Source: a virus
DNA length: 64,000 nt
Virus record (IMG/VR): IMGVR_UViG_2847502069_000001
Span: 5,495 to 69,494 of that record
Strand: one strand, 5' to 3'
Part shown: positions 9,301 to 19,211 of the stretch, piece after piece
How the letters are laid out: every line of letters starts with the position of its first letter
Position numbering within the stretch: the first letter of the stretch is position 1
Notes under the pieces: model-generated
Told to the model about the DNA's origin: nothing
What the model saw: the letters and a program-made list of their open reading frames with translations, nothing else
Databases searched by the model: none
Made by a program: the position numbers and the translations under genes

Positions 9301-9441
9301 TTTTATTGTTCGGGAATTACAGAAAACTAATTAAAATATACCCCCGGGTCTAAAAAAATCGGCTCTAATTCCGAATTTACCACAGACCGGTTGGGGTCTT
9401 TTAACCAAAAATAAAGCTGTTTTTTAAGAAGGGAGCTGAAA
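9301..9441. other. Probable cos region
   Basis: Non-coding gap between HNH and terS with C/G runs (CCCCCGGG, GGTTGGGG); exact cut site not determinable. Confidence 0.45.
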
Positions 9442-10035
9442 ATGGTAAATAACAAATTGAAGAAAGTCTTAGATGATAAAAAATTGAGTTTTTCAGATTT
9501 GAAAAAGTTGCTTGAAACAAAAGAAATAAAAATAAATAACAGCCAGCTTTCTTTATACTCTAGGGGAAAGAGGAACCCTAAAAATAAAAAAATGTGGATA
9601 GATATCGCTGAAGTTTTGCAAGTTGATTTACAAGAAATAATCACTGATATAAATTATTATTTGTCAATCATGGATGAAATATCTGAAAACGGTACTGAAA
9701 AAAAAGACAAAACTGAAAACGAAAAAACTAACGATTCACTTTTTCAAGAATTGCTCTCTCTTGTTGATAAAAATTCGCCATCTGAATTAGAAAAAGTGTA
9801 CCGATACTGCAGCTTAGCTTCTAACTTTGAAAATTTAAGCAAAGCAATTGATAAGGAAGGAGTGATGATTCTGGTTTCTTCCGGTTAAAATGAGATAAAA
9901 AAACCACACCCTGCTATTGCAGAAAAAGTAAAAGTAAATGCTGCCTTAATTAAGTTAGATGAATTTTTTGAAGAAAAACGAACATCAAAACCTAAAAATA
10001 GTAGCGAAAAAGATTGGAGTAAATTTACGAAGTGA
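9442..10035 (+). pseudogene. terS: Terminase small subunit (HTH + P27-like) with in-frame TAA at 9886-9888
   Basis: Frame continues past TAA as NEIKKPHPAIAEK...DWSKFTK to TGA 10035, overlapping the terL start. Confidence 0.8.
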
Positions 10036-11771
10036 TCGATTACGTTCAAAAGTACATTGACGGTTATTATGCGGGCATGGTCAAATTCAACTATGAACGA
10101 AAATTACTTGTTGATTATATTAAACGTGAGGTAGTGCCTCGTCTTGAATCAGGCGAGGTATTTTTTGACGTTGAACAGATCGAGAATTGCATTGGATATA
10201 CTGAAAAGTATTTCTTTGAATTGGAAGATTTCCAAAAATTCATTATCAGTTTTGTTTTCTTATATTTTTCAGAAAATCATCGGAATGTCTATCGGAAAAT
10301 ATTAATCATGATTGCCAGGGGGAATGGTAAAAATGGATTACTTTCTGCAATAGGAAGTTACTTAACAACCCCTATGCATGGAATCGCTAATTATAATATT
10401 TCAATCGTGGCCAACAGTGAGGACCAAGCAAAAACAAGTTTTGATGAAGTCCACGATACAATTGAGAACCATGAAGAATTAGAAGAATTATTTGGTAAGC
10501 CGCGTAAATCTGAAATCAAGAACTTACAGACAAAATCGCTCTTTAAATTCAGAACTTCAAATGGAAATACTAAGGATGGACTTCGAGATGGGGCGGTTAT
10601 CTTTGATGAAATCCACCAATATGAAAGTAATAAAGATGTAAAAGTACATATTTCTGGACTAGGTAAACGACCTAATCCACGTGAATTTTATATAGGAACT
10701 GATGGTTATGTGCGTGATGGATTTATTGACCAGATGAAAGATATGGCACTAAAAGTTCTTAAAGGCGAAGCGAAATGGAATGCTATGTTTCCATTTATTT
10801 GCAAATTGGATAAGGCAGAACAGGTTGATGACCCTACCCTTTGGGAATTATCAAGTCCTATGTTTTCACTTCCAATGACAGAGTATGCGCAAGGACTTTT
10901 TGAAACAGTTATGGAAGAATATGAGGACTTAGAATTAAATCCTAGCGGACGAGACGAATTCATGACTAAGCGCCAAAATTTCCCAGTGACTGACATCGAA
11001 AGAAGTGTAGCCACCTATGAAGAATTAAAAGCGACTAAAAAAGAATTCCCAGAATTAAGAAATTTACCTACGGTTGGAGGATTTGACTTTGCTTCTACTC
11101 GTGACTTTATTGCAGTCGGTGCTTTGTTTAAGGTTGATGGGGATTATGTTTTTAAATCTCATTCATTTGTTCGTAAAGAATTTGTCGATAGAATATATAG
11201 CTATTCAAAGCCAAATGAAAATGTTAATGGTAAACGACGATTTGCCCCGATTAGACAATGGGAAGATGAGGGGTTGCTCACAGTATTAGATGAACCGTCA
11301 ATGGATGCACAGCACGTTGTAGACTGGTTTATTCGTATGCGTGATGAAGAAGGTTATGAATTCCAAACTATTTGTGGAGACGCCTATAAAATGAGGGAGT
11401 ATTTACAACCTAAATTTGAAGAAGCAGGATTCGAAGTCTCTTGGAATGGAAAATTTGAAGAACCGCTCGGTTACCGTGTGGAAGTTATTCGCAACTTTAG
11501 GGCTATTGATGCGCAATTATCAACCGTAATCGAGGATAGTTTCGCCAATCAAAAAATTAATTTTGGTGATAATGACATGATGCGGTGGTACACAAATAAC
11601 GTGCTTCGACACTTGAAAAAAGATGGAAATGTGGAATATATCAAAAAAGAAGATGTTAGACGAAAAACAGATGGATTTAAAGCTTTTGAAGCAGCAATGT
11701 TTAAGGCTGATTTACTAAATGAAGTAGATTCTACAGATTTTTATGATAATTTGGGTTGGTTTATGGGATAA
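10032..11771 (+). CDS. terL: Terminase large subunit
   Basis: Walker A IARGNGKNG, Walker B IFDEIH, C-terminal KTDG nuclease motif. Confidence 0.96.
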   Translation: MIDYVQKYIDGYYAGMVKFNYERKLLVDYIKREVVPRLESGEVFFDVEQIENCIGYTEKYFFELEDFQKFIISFVFLYFSENHRNVYRKILIMIARGNGKNGLLSAIGSYLTTPMHGIANYNISIVANSEDQAKTSFDEVHDTIENHEELEELFGKPRKSEIKNLQTKSLFKFRTSNGNTKDGLRDGAVIFDEIHQYESNKDVKVHISGLGKRPNPREFYIGTDGYVRDGFIDQMKDMALKVLKGEAKWNAMFPFICKLDKAEQVDDPTLWELSSPMFSLPMTEYAQGLFETVMEEYEDLELNPSGRDEFMTKRQNFPVTDIERSVATYEELKATKKEFPELRNLPTVGGFDFASTRDFIAVGALFKVDGDYVFKSHSFVRKEFVDRIYSYSKPNENVNGKRRFAPIRQWEDEGLLTVLDEPSMDAQHVVDWFIRMRDEEGYEFQTICGDAYKMREYLQPKFEEAGFEVSWNGKFEEPLGYRVEVIRNFRAIDAQLSTVIEDSFANQKINFGDNDMMRWYTNNVLRHLKKDGNVEYIKKEDVRRKTDGFKAFEAAMFKADLLNEVDSTDFYDNLGWFMG

Positions 11772-11774
11772 AAC

Positions 11775-12549
11775 GATACTTTTTGAGAGTAAAAATATTA
11801 GATAATTTACTTATGAAGTTATCAGCGAAAGCAAACAAATAACAATTAGTTCGGTTGGATATACTTCTATTGTTAGTGGCTATTTTACATAGCGAGGGGT
11901 GACAGGCACCAGAACTAAACCTGACTGTAATGTCCGATTTAATGGCGGAATAGCGTTGCTGGACGATAAAACCAGTATAACTTGACAACGGAGTCTTTAC
12001 AACAAACAAGGACTTAATAGTACTAGAGGTTACATCCGCTGTCGGTGACTGCTTGGTCAAGGGGTTAAGATACTGCACTTTTAATGCAGAGGCGTGAGTT
12101 CGAATCTCACTCAGTCACATAAAGTTGGTTATGACAGTAGCCCATCGATTTGAATCCGTAAAAAGTTCTTTGATTGGTAGAATTATTGAACGTCTGTTGT
12201 AGCGAGTGAGTGGTTAAGACTTCGTTAGTAAGGTCGCACCTTACGGCTTAATACGGAACGGTTCAGGGTTCGACTCCCTGACTTGCTATATCCAACATTA
12301 TTTGGGATTGATAATACTAGTACAGTTGCCGAATAATATTAATAAGTCAGTGCGGTTGGAGCTGACAGCAAGAGACAAAAACGACTTCGCTATTAGAAGT
12401 TATAGAGTTCGCGACTCTATCTTGCTATTCGATTGCATTGCTTAATACCGATGCATGTAAAAATATAGTGTGGCGAATGAAGTCCATTAAATGCAGAGAG
12501 GGATGCAGCTATTATATTTTATTACAGGTTGTCCAACGGGCAGCCTTTT
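11775..12549 (+). ncRNA. Candidate large structured RNA or tRNA-like cluster inserted between terL and portal
   Basis: No good + strand ORF; one tRNA, two further stem-plus-T-loop modules, terminator at 12525-12549. Confidence 0.55.
12045..12118 (+). tRNA. Phage tRNA-Lys (anticodon TTT), slightly atypical
   Basis: GTGACTG/CAGTCAC acceptor pairing, D-arm GTC-AAGGGGTTAA-GAT, anticodon arm CTGCA-CTTTTAA-TGCAG, T-arm GTGAG-TTCGAAT-CTCAC; no encoded CCA. Confidence 0.75.
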
Positions 12550-12550
12550 A

Positions 12551-12600
12551 TTTATAAAAACGCTACTTTTTCGCTCTACTTTTCCATTAAACTTGAATTA
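12551..12600 (+). promoter_or_regulatory. Putative late promoter, copy 2 (before portal)
   Basis: ACGCTACTTTTT at 12560, TTGAAT at 12593. Confidence 0.6.
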
Positions 12601-12621
12601 AAAGTACGGAAAGGAGAAAAT

Positions 12622-13815
12622 GTGGGACTATTTTCAGACATTTGGTCATCTGTAAAAGATAAATTAAGTGCAACCGATTTAACTGGGTATGACGCATTAT
12701 TTAATGCACAAGTCACGCTTGGTATTAAGAATGCTGCTTTAGAATCTTGTGTTTCTTACTTAGCAAGAACTGTTTCTAAAGGTAAATTTGTATTTAAGAA
12801 TGAAAGCTCGATTACAGATTCTAAATTTGATTATGCTTTAAATATGAGACCGAATCCTAACCAGACAGCTAGTGAATTCAAAGTTTCAATGATAAAAAAG
12901 CTGGTAAATGGTGAGTTATTAGTTATACAGGATGATGATCAGTTCTATATTGCTGATAATTTTGTAACAAACTATTCGCTTGACGGGAACACATACACGG
13001 GAGTGACAGTTAACTTCTCCAATAGCAAAGTTTCTAATGCTCCTAATTCTGGACCATACGCTCAAAAATATTTTAATAGAACCTTTATTCAAGGAGTAGA
13101 TTGTTTTCACTTAGATAATGACAATATTGGTATAAAAAAATATGTTGATAGTCTATGGGATGATTATGGGAAATTATTCGGAATCTTAATTGCCAATCAG
13201 CTCCGTGTAGGGCAAGTTAGAGCAAAAATTAGCATTCCTGTTACTAGTAAGATTGATGATAATGAAAGAATAAAATTACAGCAACAATATGCAACAACCT
13301 TATATGAAAAAATGATGAATGATCCTATTGTCTTTATTCCTGCAGACGATAAAGCAAAGTCTTCGTATGATGAAATTTCTTCTAGCAAGTCCGCAACACT
13401 TCAAAATCAGATTACTGACTTTTGGTCTTTAAAAAAAGTTTTTATTGGAGAAGCAGCAGGGTTGCTTGGAATTCCTCCGGCACTAGTGCTTGGAGAAACT
13501 GCTAATAATTCTGAAAACTTGGATTTAGCAATTGAATCTGCAGTGATTCCATTAGGGAACAAATTATCAGAAGGATTTGCAAGTATTTTAATTAAAAAAT
13601 CAGGATATTCAGTTGGTAATACCCTACAAATGACTGGATTTAAAACAATTAACATCCTTGACCGTGCAGATGCAATTGATAAAGTTGGTTCAAGTGGTGT
13701 GGTTAAAGTAAATGAAGTCCGTGAGGCTTCTAATTTACCTCCAATTCCTGATGGAGATAGATTCATTATGACAAAAAATTATCAAAAGGAAGGAGTACCT
13801 AGTGAAAACTCTTAA
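12622..13815 (+). CDS. Portal protein (HK97 family)
   Basis: AAGGAG RBS then GTG 12622; RPNPNQTASEF and VNEVREASNLPPIPDGD motifs. Confidence 0.93.
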   Translation: MGLFSDIWSSVKDKLSATDLTGYDALFNAQVTLGIKNAALESCVSYLARTVSKGKFVFKNESSITDSKFDYALNMRPNPNQTASEFKVSMIKKLVNGELLVIQDDDQFYIADNFVTNYSLDGNTYTGVTVNFSNSKVSNAPNSGPYAQKYFNRTFIQGVDCFHLDNDNIGIKKYVDSLWDDYGKLFGILIANQLRVGQVRAKISIPVTSKIDDNERIKLQQQYATTLYEKMMNDPIVFIPADDKAKSSYDEISSSKSATLQNQITDFWSLKKVFIGEAAGLLGIPPALVLGETANNSENLDLAIESAVIPLGNKLSEGFASILIKKSGYSVGNTLQMTGFKTINILDRADAIDKVGSSGVVKVNEVREASNLPPIPDGDRFIMTKNYQKEGVPSENS

Positions 13816-14620
13816 TTTACACGGACCTGTTATTGACTCAGATGACTCTTGGTTTTATGATCTTCTAGAAATAGAAAATATTAACGCTAAGTCAGTTGAA
13901 GAATTTTTAGATGAAGCGAACGGTGAAGATATCAAACTATCAATTGATTCAGGCGGGGGTTCGGTACGTACAGGAAGTTCAATCTATACTTTATTGATGA
14001 ACTACCAAGGAAAAATTACTGCAGAGGTAACAGGGCTTTGCGCATCTATTGCTAGTGTCATTATGTTGGCCGCTGAACACATTGCAGTATCTCCGGCAGC
14101 GACTATTGTTATTCATAATGTTTGGTCAGTTAATCAAGGCGATTATCGCGATATGGCTAAACAATCTGATGTATTGAAAGAAATGAGTTCTAGCATTGCT
14201 AAAATGTACGCTAAAAGAATGGGATGTACATTGGAAGAAGCGCAAGCAGCAATGGATGAAGAAACTTATTATTCTGCAGATCAGGCAGTAGAGGCAGGAA
14301 TTGCAGATGAAAAATCATTCGAAGTAGTAAAAACACCCCTTCAAATGATGGCATCAATGGACCAGGCTTTCTCCAGCGATAAAATTGCCAAGCTCAAAAA
14401 CTTTATGAAGGCTCAAATTAAAAATGAAACTAATAATTCGCAAGAATTCAAGTTGGATTCAGAACAATATCAAGGAATAACAGATCGTTTAGATCAACTT
14501 ATTTCTTTTGAAAGTGAAGAACCAAATGAAGAACCAGTAGCAAAAAAATCTAATAACTCGGCAGACAAGCCACTTAAAAATCAAAAATTTAAACCACTTT
14601 TCCTAGGAGGAATTAAATAA
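13802..14620 (+). CDS. ClpP-like prohead protease
   Basis: IDSGGGSV, GLCASIASV, IVIHNVW, DEETYYSADQAVEAGIAD. Confidence 0.93.
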   Translation: MKTLNLHGPVIDSDDSWFYDLLEIENINAKSVEEFLDEANGEDIKLSIDSGGGSVRTGSSIYTLLMNYQGKITAEVTGLCASIASVIMLAAEHIAVSPAATIVIHNVWSVNQGDYRDMAKQSDVLKEMSSSIAKMYAKRMGCTLEEAQAAMDEETYYSADQAVEAGIADEKSFEVVKTPLQMMASMDQAFSSDKIAKLKNFMKAQIKNETNNSQEFKLDSEQYQGITDRLDQLISFESEEPNEEPVAKKSNNSADKPLKNQKFKPLFLGGIK

Positions 14621-15765
14621 TGGACTACACAAAATTACCTAATTACGAAGCAGCTGTAGGAAAATATACAGATGCAGTTGCTAACGGAGCCGATGAAAAA
14701 GAACAACAAAAATTATTTGCACAGTCTATGGAAGTCATGGGTACTGAAATTGTTGAAAAACTTGCTGATCAAACAAACGAAAAAATTAACTCTCTAATGT
14801 CATCTCGTTCTGCTGAAGTAATGTCAGCAGAAGAAACAAAATTCTTTAACGAAATTACTTCTGGTGTTGGAAATGTAGAGAAAACCTTGCCTCTTGAAAT
14901 TATCAATCAAGTTTTTGACGAATTGACTTATGCTCATCCGTTGCTTGATATTATCAATTTCCAAGATATGGGACTTCGTACAAAAGCGATTACTTCTGAT
15001 GGAGTCTATGACGGCGGATTAGCAGTATGGGGTACATTCACTGGTGATATCCAGGGTAAGTTGAACCAAAACTTCGGGGAACATGATTTTTCTCAAAATA
15101 AACTTACTGCATTTACTGTTATCCCTAAAGATGCTCTTGACTATAGTTATGATTGGTTGAAAACATTTATTGTCTTACAATTATCAGAATCAATTGCAGT
15201 TGCTCTCGAAACAGCTTTAGTACTTGGAGATGGGAATAACAAACCTGTTGGTTTAATCAAGGATGCTACAGTTGTAAATGGAACTACTACATATGGGGAT
15301 AAAACAGTATCAGCCGACCTTTCTCAACTTTCTACCCTAGACGGTTCTAAAGAAGTTTCTAAACAGGCTGCAAAAATTCTTGCTCCAGTTATGAAAAAAT
15401 TATCAATTAGCGAAAAAGGCATTCCTCTCAATATTGCTGGACAAGCAAAAATTTTGGTTAATCCTCAAGATTATTACAATTTCACTGCGATGTTCTTATA
15501 TTTGAATGCAAATGGAGCATGGGTTGATATCTTACCTTTCAATATTTCTGTAATTCAATCAATGGCTGTTCCTGCTGGTAAAGGAATTGTATTTGTCGCA
15601 AATCGATACAATGCTTATCGCGGAAAAATGACAATGCAAGAATTTGACCAAACGTTTGCTCTTGAAGATCTTCAACTTTATACTACCAAATCATTCTATT
15701 GGGGCAAACCAAAAGATAATAATGCTTCAGCCCTTGTTACAATTGCGGCCGTACCTGCTGGGTAA
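14620..15765 (+). CDS. Major capsid protein (HK97 fold)
   Basis: Position, size and GDGNNKPVGL motif. Confidence 0.92.
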   Translation: MDYTKLPNYEAAVGKYTDAVANGADEKEQQKLFAQSMEVMGTEIVEKLADQTNEKINSLMSSRSAEVMSAEETKFFNEITSGVGNVEKTLPLEIINQVFDELTYAHPLLDIINFQDMGLRTKAITSDGVYDGGLAVWGTFTGDIQGKLNQNFGEHDFSQNKLTAFTVIPKDALDYSYDWLKTFIVLQLSESIAVALETALVLGDGNNKPVGLIKDATVVNGTTTYGDKTVSADLSQLSTLDGSKEVSKQAAKILAPVMKKLSISEKGIPLNIAGQAKILVNPQDYYNFTAMFLYLNANGAWVDILPFNISVIQSMAVPAGKGIVFVANRYNAYRGKMTMQEFDQTFALEDLQLYTTKSFYWGKPKDNNASALVTIAAVPAG

Positions 15766-15775
15766 GGAGTAGTCA

Positions 15776-15931
15776 ATGAAATTAAAAGTAAAAGCTGTCT
15801 TTGATGATTTAAAGGAAAATGTTAGACGTGAAGTTGATGAAGTTTTTGAGGCTTCCGTAGCAAGATTCAAGGAGCTTGAAAAAAAGCTCCCTGGTTTTGT
15901 TGAAAAAGTGGAGGAAAAAGAAGATAAATAA
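15776..15931 (+). CDS. Small head-associated protein (51 aa)
   Basis: AAGGAG RBS, MKLKVKAVFDDLKENVRREV. Confidence 0.6.
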   Translation: MKLKVKAVFDDLKENVRREVDEVFEASVARFKELEKKLPGFVEKVEEKEDK

Positions 15932-15943
15932 TAGGAGTTAAAT

Positions 15944-16249
15944 ATGAGTAATGCAGAAACTTGGGCCGATGCTAACCTTAATTCATTCAAACAAAGAATG
16001 AGAATCAGTACTAATGATTCTGACGAACTTGCTAACTTAACAGATATGCTCATAGCCTCTTATACCTCAATTCTTAGATTAGTTGGAGTTCCTGATGCAA
16101 GTGATCCAGAAGTTAAGGAATTAATTTTTGAGCGTTCACGTTATACTTACAATGATGCACTAGATGAATTCAAAGAGAATTATAAGCAAAATATCCGTGA
16201 TGTTTTTCTAGCTAATCAGCGTACTGATGATGTAGGAGAGACGCAATGA
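15944..16249 (+). CDS. Head-tail connector (gp6-like)
   Basis: Position after capsid; FKQRMRI...LIFERSRYTYN. Confidence 0.8.
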   Translation: MSNAETWADANLNSFKQRMRISTNDSDELANLTDMLIASYTSILRLVGVPDASDPEVKELIFERSRYTYNDALDEFKENYKQNIRDVFLANQRTDDVGETQ

Positions 16250-16632
16250 TTAAATCGCAAAAATTACTTAAATCATCTAATCGTACCAATAACGGAACAA
16301 TGCGAACGCAAGTTACATTTCAAGGAGTAGGACTTGATACGTCATTTGACGGGAGAGGCGGTGATCCTATTGTTCTTTTTAAAACCTACGCAGATGTTTA
16401 TTCCCCTAGTAATAAAGATTTAATGATATTGGGAAATCAAAACGTTAAGAATGGTGCGACACTTAAAATTCGTGACCCAATGACTGGTTATCAACCTAAA
16501 AACGACGACAAAGTTATTATTGATGACTCAAGGTACGTCAATAAGGTTTGGAACATAATTGATATTCAGCCTGACTTTCATGACCGAACTTTCTTGAAAA
16601 TAATTCTAGGAGGGACGAATCTTAATGAGTAG
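16246..16632 (+). CDS. Head-tail adaptor/closure protein
   Basis: Synteny, size. Confidence 0.75.
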   Translation: MIKSQKLLKSSNRTNNGTMRTQVTFQGVGLDTSFDGRGGDPIVLFKTYADVYSPSNKDLMILGNQNVKNGATLKIRDPMTGYQPKNDDKVIIDDSRYVNKVWNIIDIQPDFHDRTFLKIILGGTNLNE

Positions 16633-17029
16633 TTCAATGACAATCAAGGGCTTTGAAGAAATTGAAGCAAAACTAAGAGAAAAGTTTAGTGAAACTCGTG
16701 TAAGAACAATTGAAGGTAAAGCTCTTGGAAAAGCAGCAGATGAGGCTGTTGTTGATTTGAAAAGTACTCTTCAAGGATTCGCTGATAGTGGAGATACGGT
16801 GGCTGGGGTTGTTCGAGGGAATGTTTCAAGAGCTTCGGGATTTCCAATAATTAAGATTGGTAACAGTGGGAAACATTGGAGATTAGTTCATTTAGAAAAT
16901 AATGGATTTACTAGGAATGGTAAAAGCTATCGATATAAAAGCTTTGGTGCTTTACAAAAGTTTTCAAACGCACAAGTAAGTAAGTTTGTAGAATCAGCCC
17001 AAAGAAATTTAAAGGAGTTGATTGAATGA
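16625..17029 (+). CDS. HK97 gp10-like tail component
   Basis: HWRLVHLENNG motif, synteny. Confidence 0.75.
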   Translation: MSSSMTIKGFEEIEAKLREKFSETRVRTIEGKALGKAADEAVVDLKSTLQGFADSGDTVAGVVRGNVSRASGFPIIKIGNSGKHWRLVHLENNGFTRNGKSYRYKSFGALQKFSNAQVSKFVESAQRNLKELIE

Positions 17030-17415
17030 AAGATATGCTTAAAGAATTAATGGAAGAGTTAGCAACTGATTCAGAAATTCAAGAAATTAAGCAAAATCAA
17101 GGTTTTAAGAGCTATGTTCGCTATGATGAGCTTCCAAAAGATAAAACTAGTATTACTGTTATTCCTTCTGGTCCTCCTGAATCAGTGGGATTTGCGAGTA
17201 ATGATTCATTATCAAAACACTTTATCTTTCAAGTGAGTATTGAAGCAGTTCAGCGCGATGTTCCAAAAAAACTTCAAAGGAAAGTTGAACAAATTCTTAA
17301 AACTAAAGGTTTCTACCAAATGTCAGGTGGTTTAGATGATTATTTCTCAACCACTAAGAGATATGTGGATGCAAGATTTTATCAAGGCAATAGCCAATTA
17401 TATGATGATTATTAA
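17026..17415 (+). CDS. Tail terminator protein
   Basis: Synteny; KRYVDARFY C-terminus. Confidence 0.75.
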   Translation: MKDMLKELMEELATDSEIQEIKQNQGFKSYVRYDELPKDKTSITVIPSGPPESVGFASNDSLSKHFIFQVSIEAVQRDVPKKLQRKVEQILKTKGFYQMSGGLDDYFSTTKRYVDARFYQGNSQLYDDY

Positions 17416-17429
17416 TAAAGGAGAAAAAA

Positions 17430-18008
17430 ATGGGTACAGCTACAGTTGGATTTAAAAAATTAACCATTCGAATTTTGGATGGTAAGCCAGCTACACTTGA
17501 CACAAATTTATTTGTTGTGGAAGGTAAAAAAGATAAAGGGGCAACTTCAAGTGCTAAAATTTCAGGTCTTGCAGTTGATCCAGTAAAAACTTGGGGTTCA
17601 AATGGTGTTTACCACATCTCAGGTAAAGGTGTTGGTGATGGTAAGATTGATTTTGACATCATTGATATTCCTGATAAAGTACAGTCAGCAATTCTTGGCT
17701 ATGCAATTGATGAAGATGAAATCATCACAGCAGGCAGTGAAACACAGGCGCCTGACTGTTCGATTTTGATCGAAGATTATGATATCCGTGGCAATAATTT
17801 CTTGCTTGGATTCCTAACTGGAGTTTTCTCTTATGATGGAGTTGAAATTGCTACAACTCAAGGGAAGGCAGAAGAAATTAAACCAGATACTCTTTCCTAC
17901 TCAGTTGGTTCAGCAGATAACGGAGATTTCTTCAAGAAATATGCAGGAACTGATACAGCTGCGCAGGATAAAGTACGTGCCGCTTTAAGTATGACAACTA
18001 CTCCCTAG
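17430..18008 (+). CDS. Major tail protein (phi13-type), possible +1 frameshift extension to 18054
   Basis: Synteny; ends CCC-TAG with an open +1 frame. Confidence 0.85.
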   Translation: MGTATVGFKKLTIRILDGKPATLDTNLFVVEGKKDKGATSSAKISGLAVDPVKTWGSNGVYHISGKGVGDGKIDFDIIDIPDKVQSAILGYAIDEDEIITAGSETQAPDCSILIEDYDIRGNNFLLGFLTGVFSYDGVEIATTQGKAEEIKPDTLSYSVGSADNGDFFKKYAGTDTAAQDKVRAALSMTTTP

Positions 18009-18064
18009 TGACCCCGTAGTCGGTCAAGCGACCGTAGGGGGCGCAAAACTTTGAAAGGTAAGAA

Positions 18065-18370
18065 ATGGCTAAGTTAGAAATCACTCTCCACCAAAAGGGT
18101 GGGGATGTCACTTATAAGCAAAATCATATCACTGGTCAGAAGTATCTTGATTTTTGGAATATTCAAGAGAAAATCGAGAAAGAATCACTTAATAATGTAG
18201 AAATTATTGCTTTGAGACTTGAATATATTGCCAGTCTTTTCCCAGATGATAAACTTACGAAAGAACAAGTTTTGAAAGGACTAGACCCATGGGAATTAGA
18301 CGCGACTATCTCACATTTGATTTCTGTTGTTTTGGGAAACGAGGAAAGTGACGAAAAAAAAGAACCATAA
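18065..18370 (+). CDS. Tail assembly chaperone (gpG-like); -1 frameshift product extends to 18573
   Basis: A8 run at 18354-18361; -1 frame open 18361-18573 without its own start. Confidence 0.8.
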   Translation: MAKLEITLHQKGGDVTYKQNHITGQKYLDFWNIQEKIEKESLNNVEIIALRLEYIASLFPDDKLTKEQVLKGLDPWELDATISHLISVVLGNEESDEKKEP

Positions 18371-18645
18371 CTGCTAAAGAAGCTAAGGAAAGTTTCTTAA
18401 ACTTCATTAAGCAGTTAGTTGTCAATACTGGATTTACCGTTTCAGACATTTTAGATAATGACTTTGAGACTATTGTCGGAGTGATCAATTCTAATGACGA
18501 TGATTCAGAAGCAAGTTTGGTTGAAGAAGAAACTGAGGTAATGTCCCTTGGTGACTTCATGAATAAATTATAAAAACGGCTCTTAGAAGCTGTTTTTTTA
18601 CTGAGAAAAAAGATATAATTAAATAAAAAAATACTGGAGTATGAT

Positions 18646-19209
18646 ATGGAAATTAGATATTTTTTTGATGAGGTTAAAGAGACTGCAATTAATATAAAAA
18701 AACCGATATTTGCAGACAAAGAGTTATACAACAAATTCATAGAAAATAGTAAAAATGTAATTGCTATAGACATAACTCCAGAAGGAGTTAAAGAAATAGT
18801 AAATAAACTTTTAAGTTATAATTTTCTTTTGCATTCTCAGATTAATTTTATAGATTTTTTAAAAGATGTAGATATAGATTTAGAAGAGTTACAGGGCCAA
18901 AGAAATGCTCTACAAGAATTAACAAAAATAGAAATATCCAAAAAAGATAAAGATATACAAAACGAAAGAATTAAAGAATTTTACACCAATCTTCCTAAGT
19001 TTGAATATAAGGTATTGAAGTTTCGTGATCGTATGATTATTGGAGATACAAAAACAAAACCTATGGAAGAAATGTTAAACGCATTCGCTAGACAAGGCTG
19101 GAAAGTAGTATCTATGGTGGAAAACACATGGCGGCAAGAAGGTATAATGACGGGAAATAGTCACGGTGAGATTCTAGTAACTATGGAACGACAAGTTTTT
19201 AATGGATAA
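18646..19209 (+). CDS. Moron protein with C-terminal DUF4177-like domain
   Basis: FEYKVL...LNAFARQGWKVVS motif; upstream hairpin and TATAAT; GGAG RBS. Confidence 0.7.
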   Translation: MEIRYFFDEVKETAINIKKPIFADKELYNKFIENSKNVIAIDITPEGVKEIVNKLLSYNFLLHSQINFIDFLKDVDIDLEELQGQRNALQELTKIEISKKDKDIQNERIKEFYTNLPKFEYKVLKFRDRMIIGDTKTKPMEEMLNAFARQGWKVVSMVENTWRQEGIMTGNSHGEILVTMERQVFNG

Positions 19210-19211
19210 CT

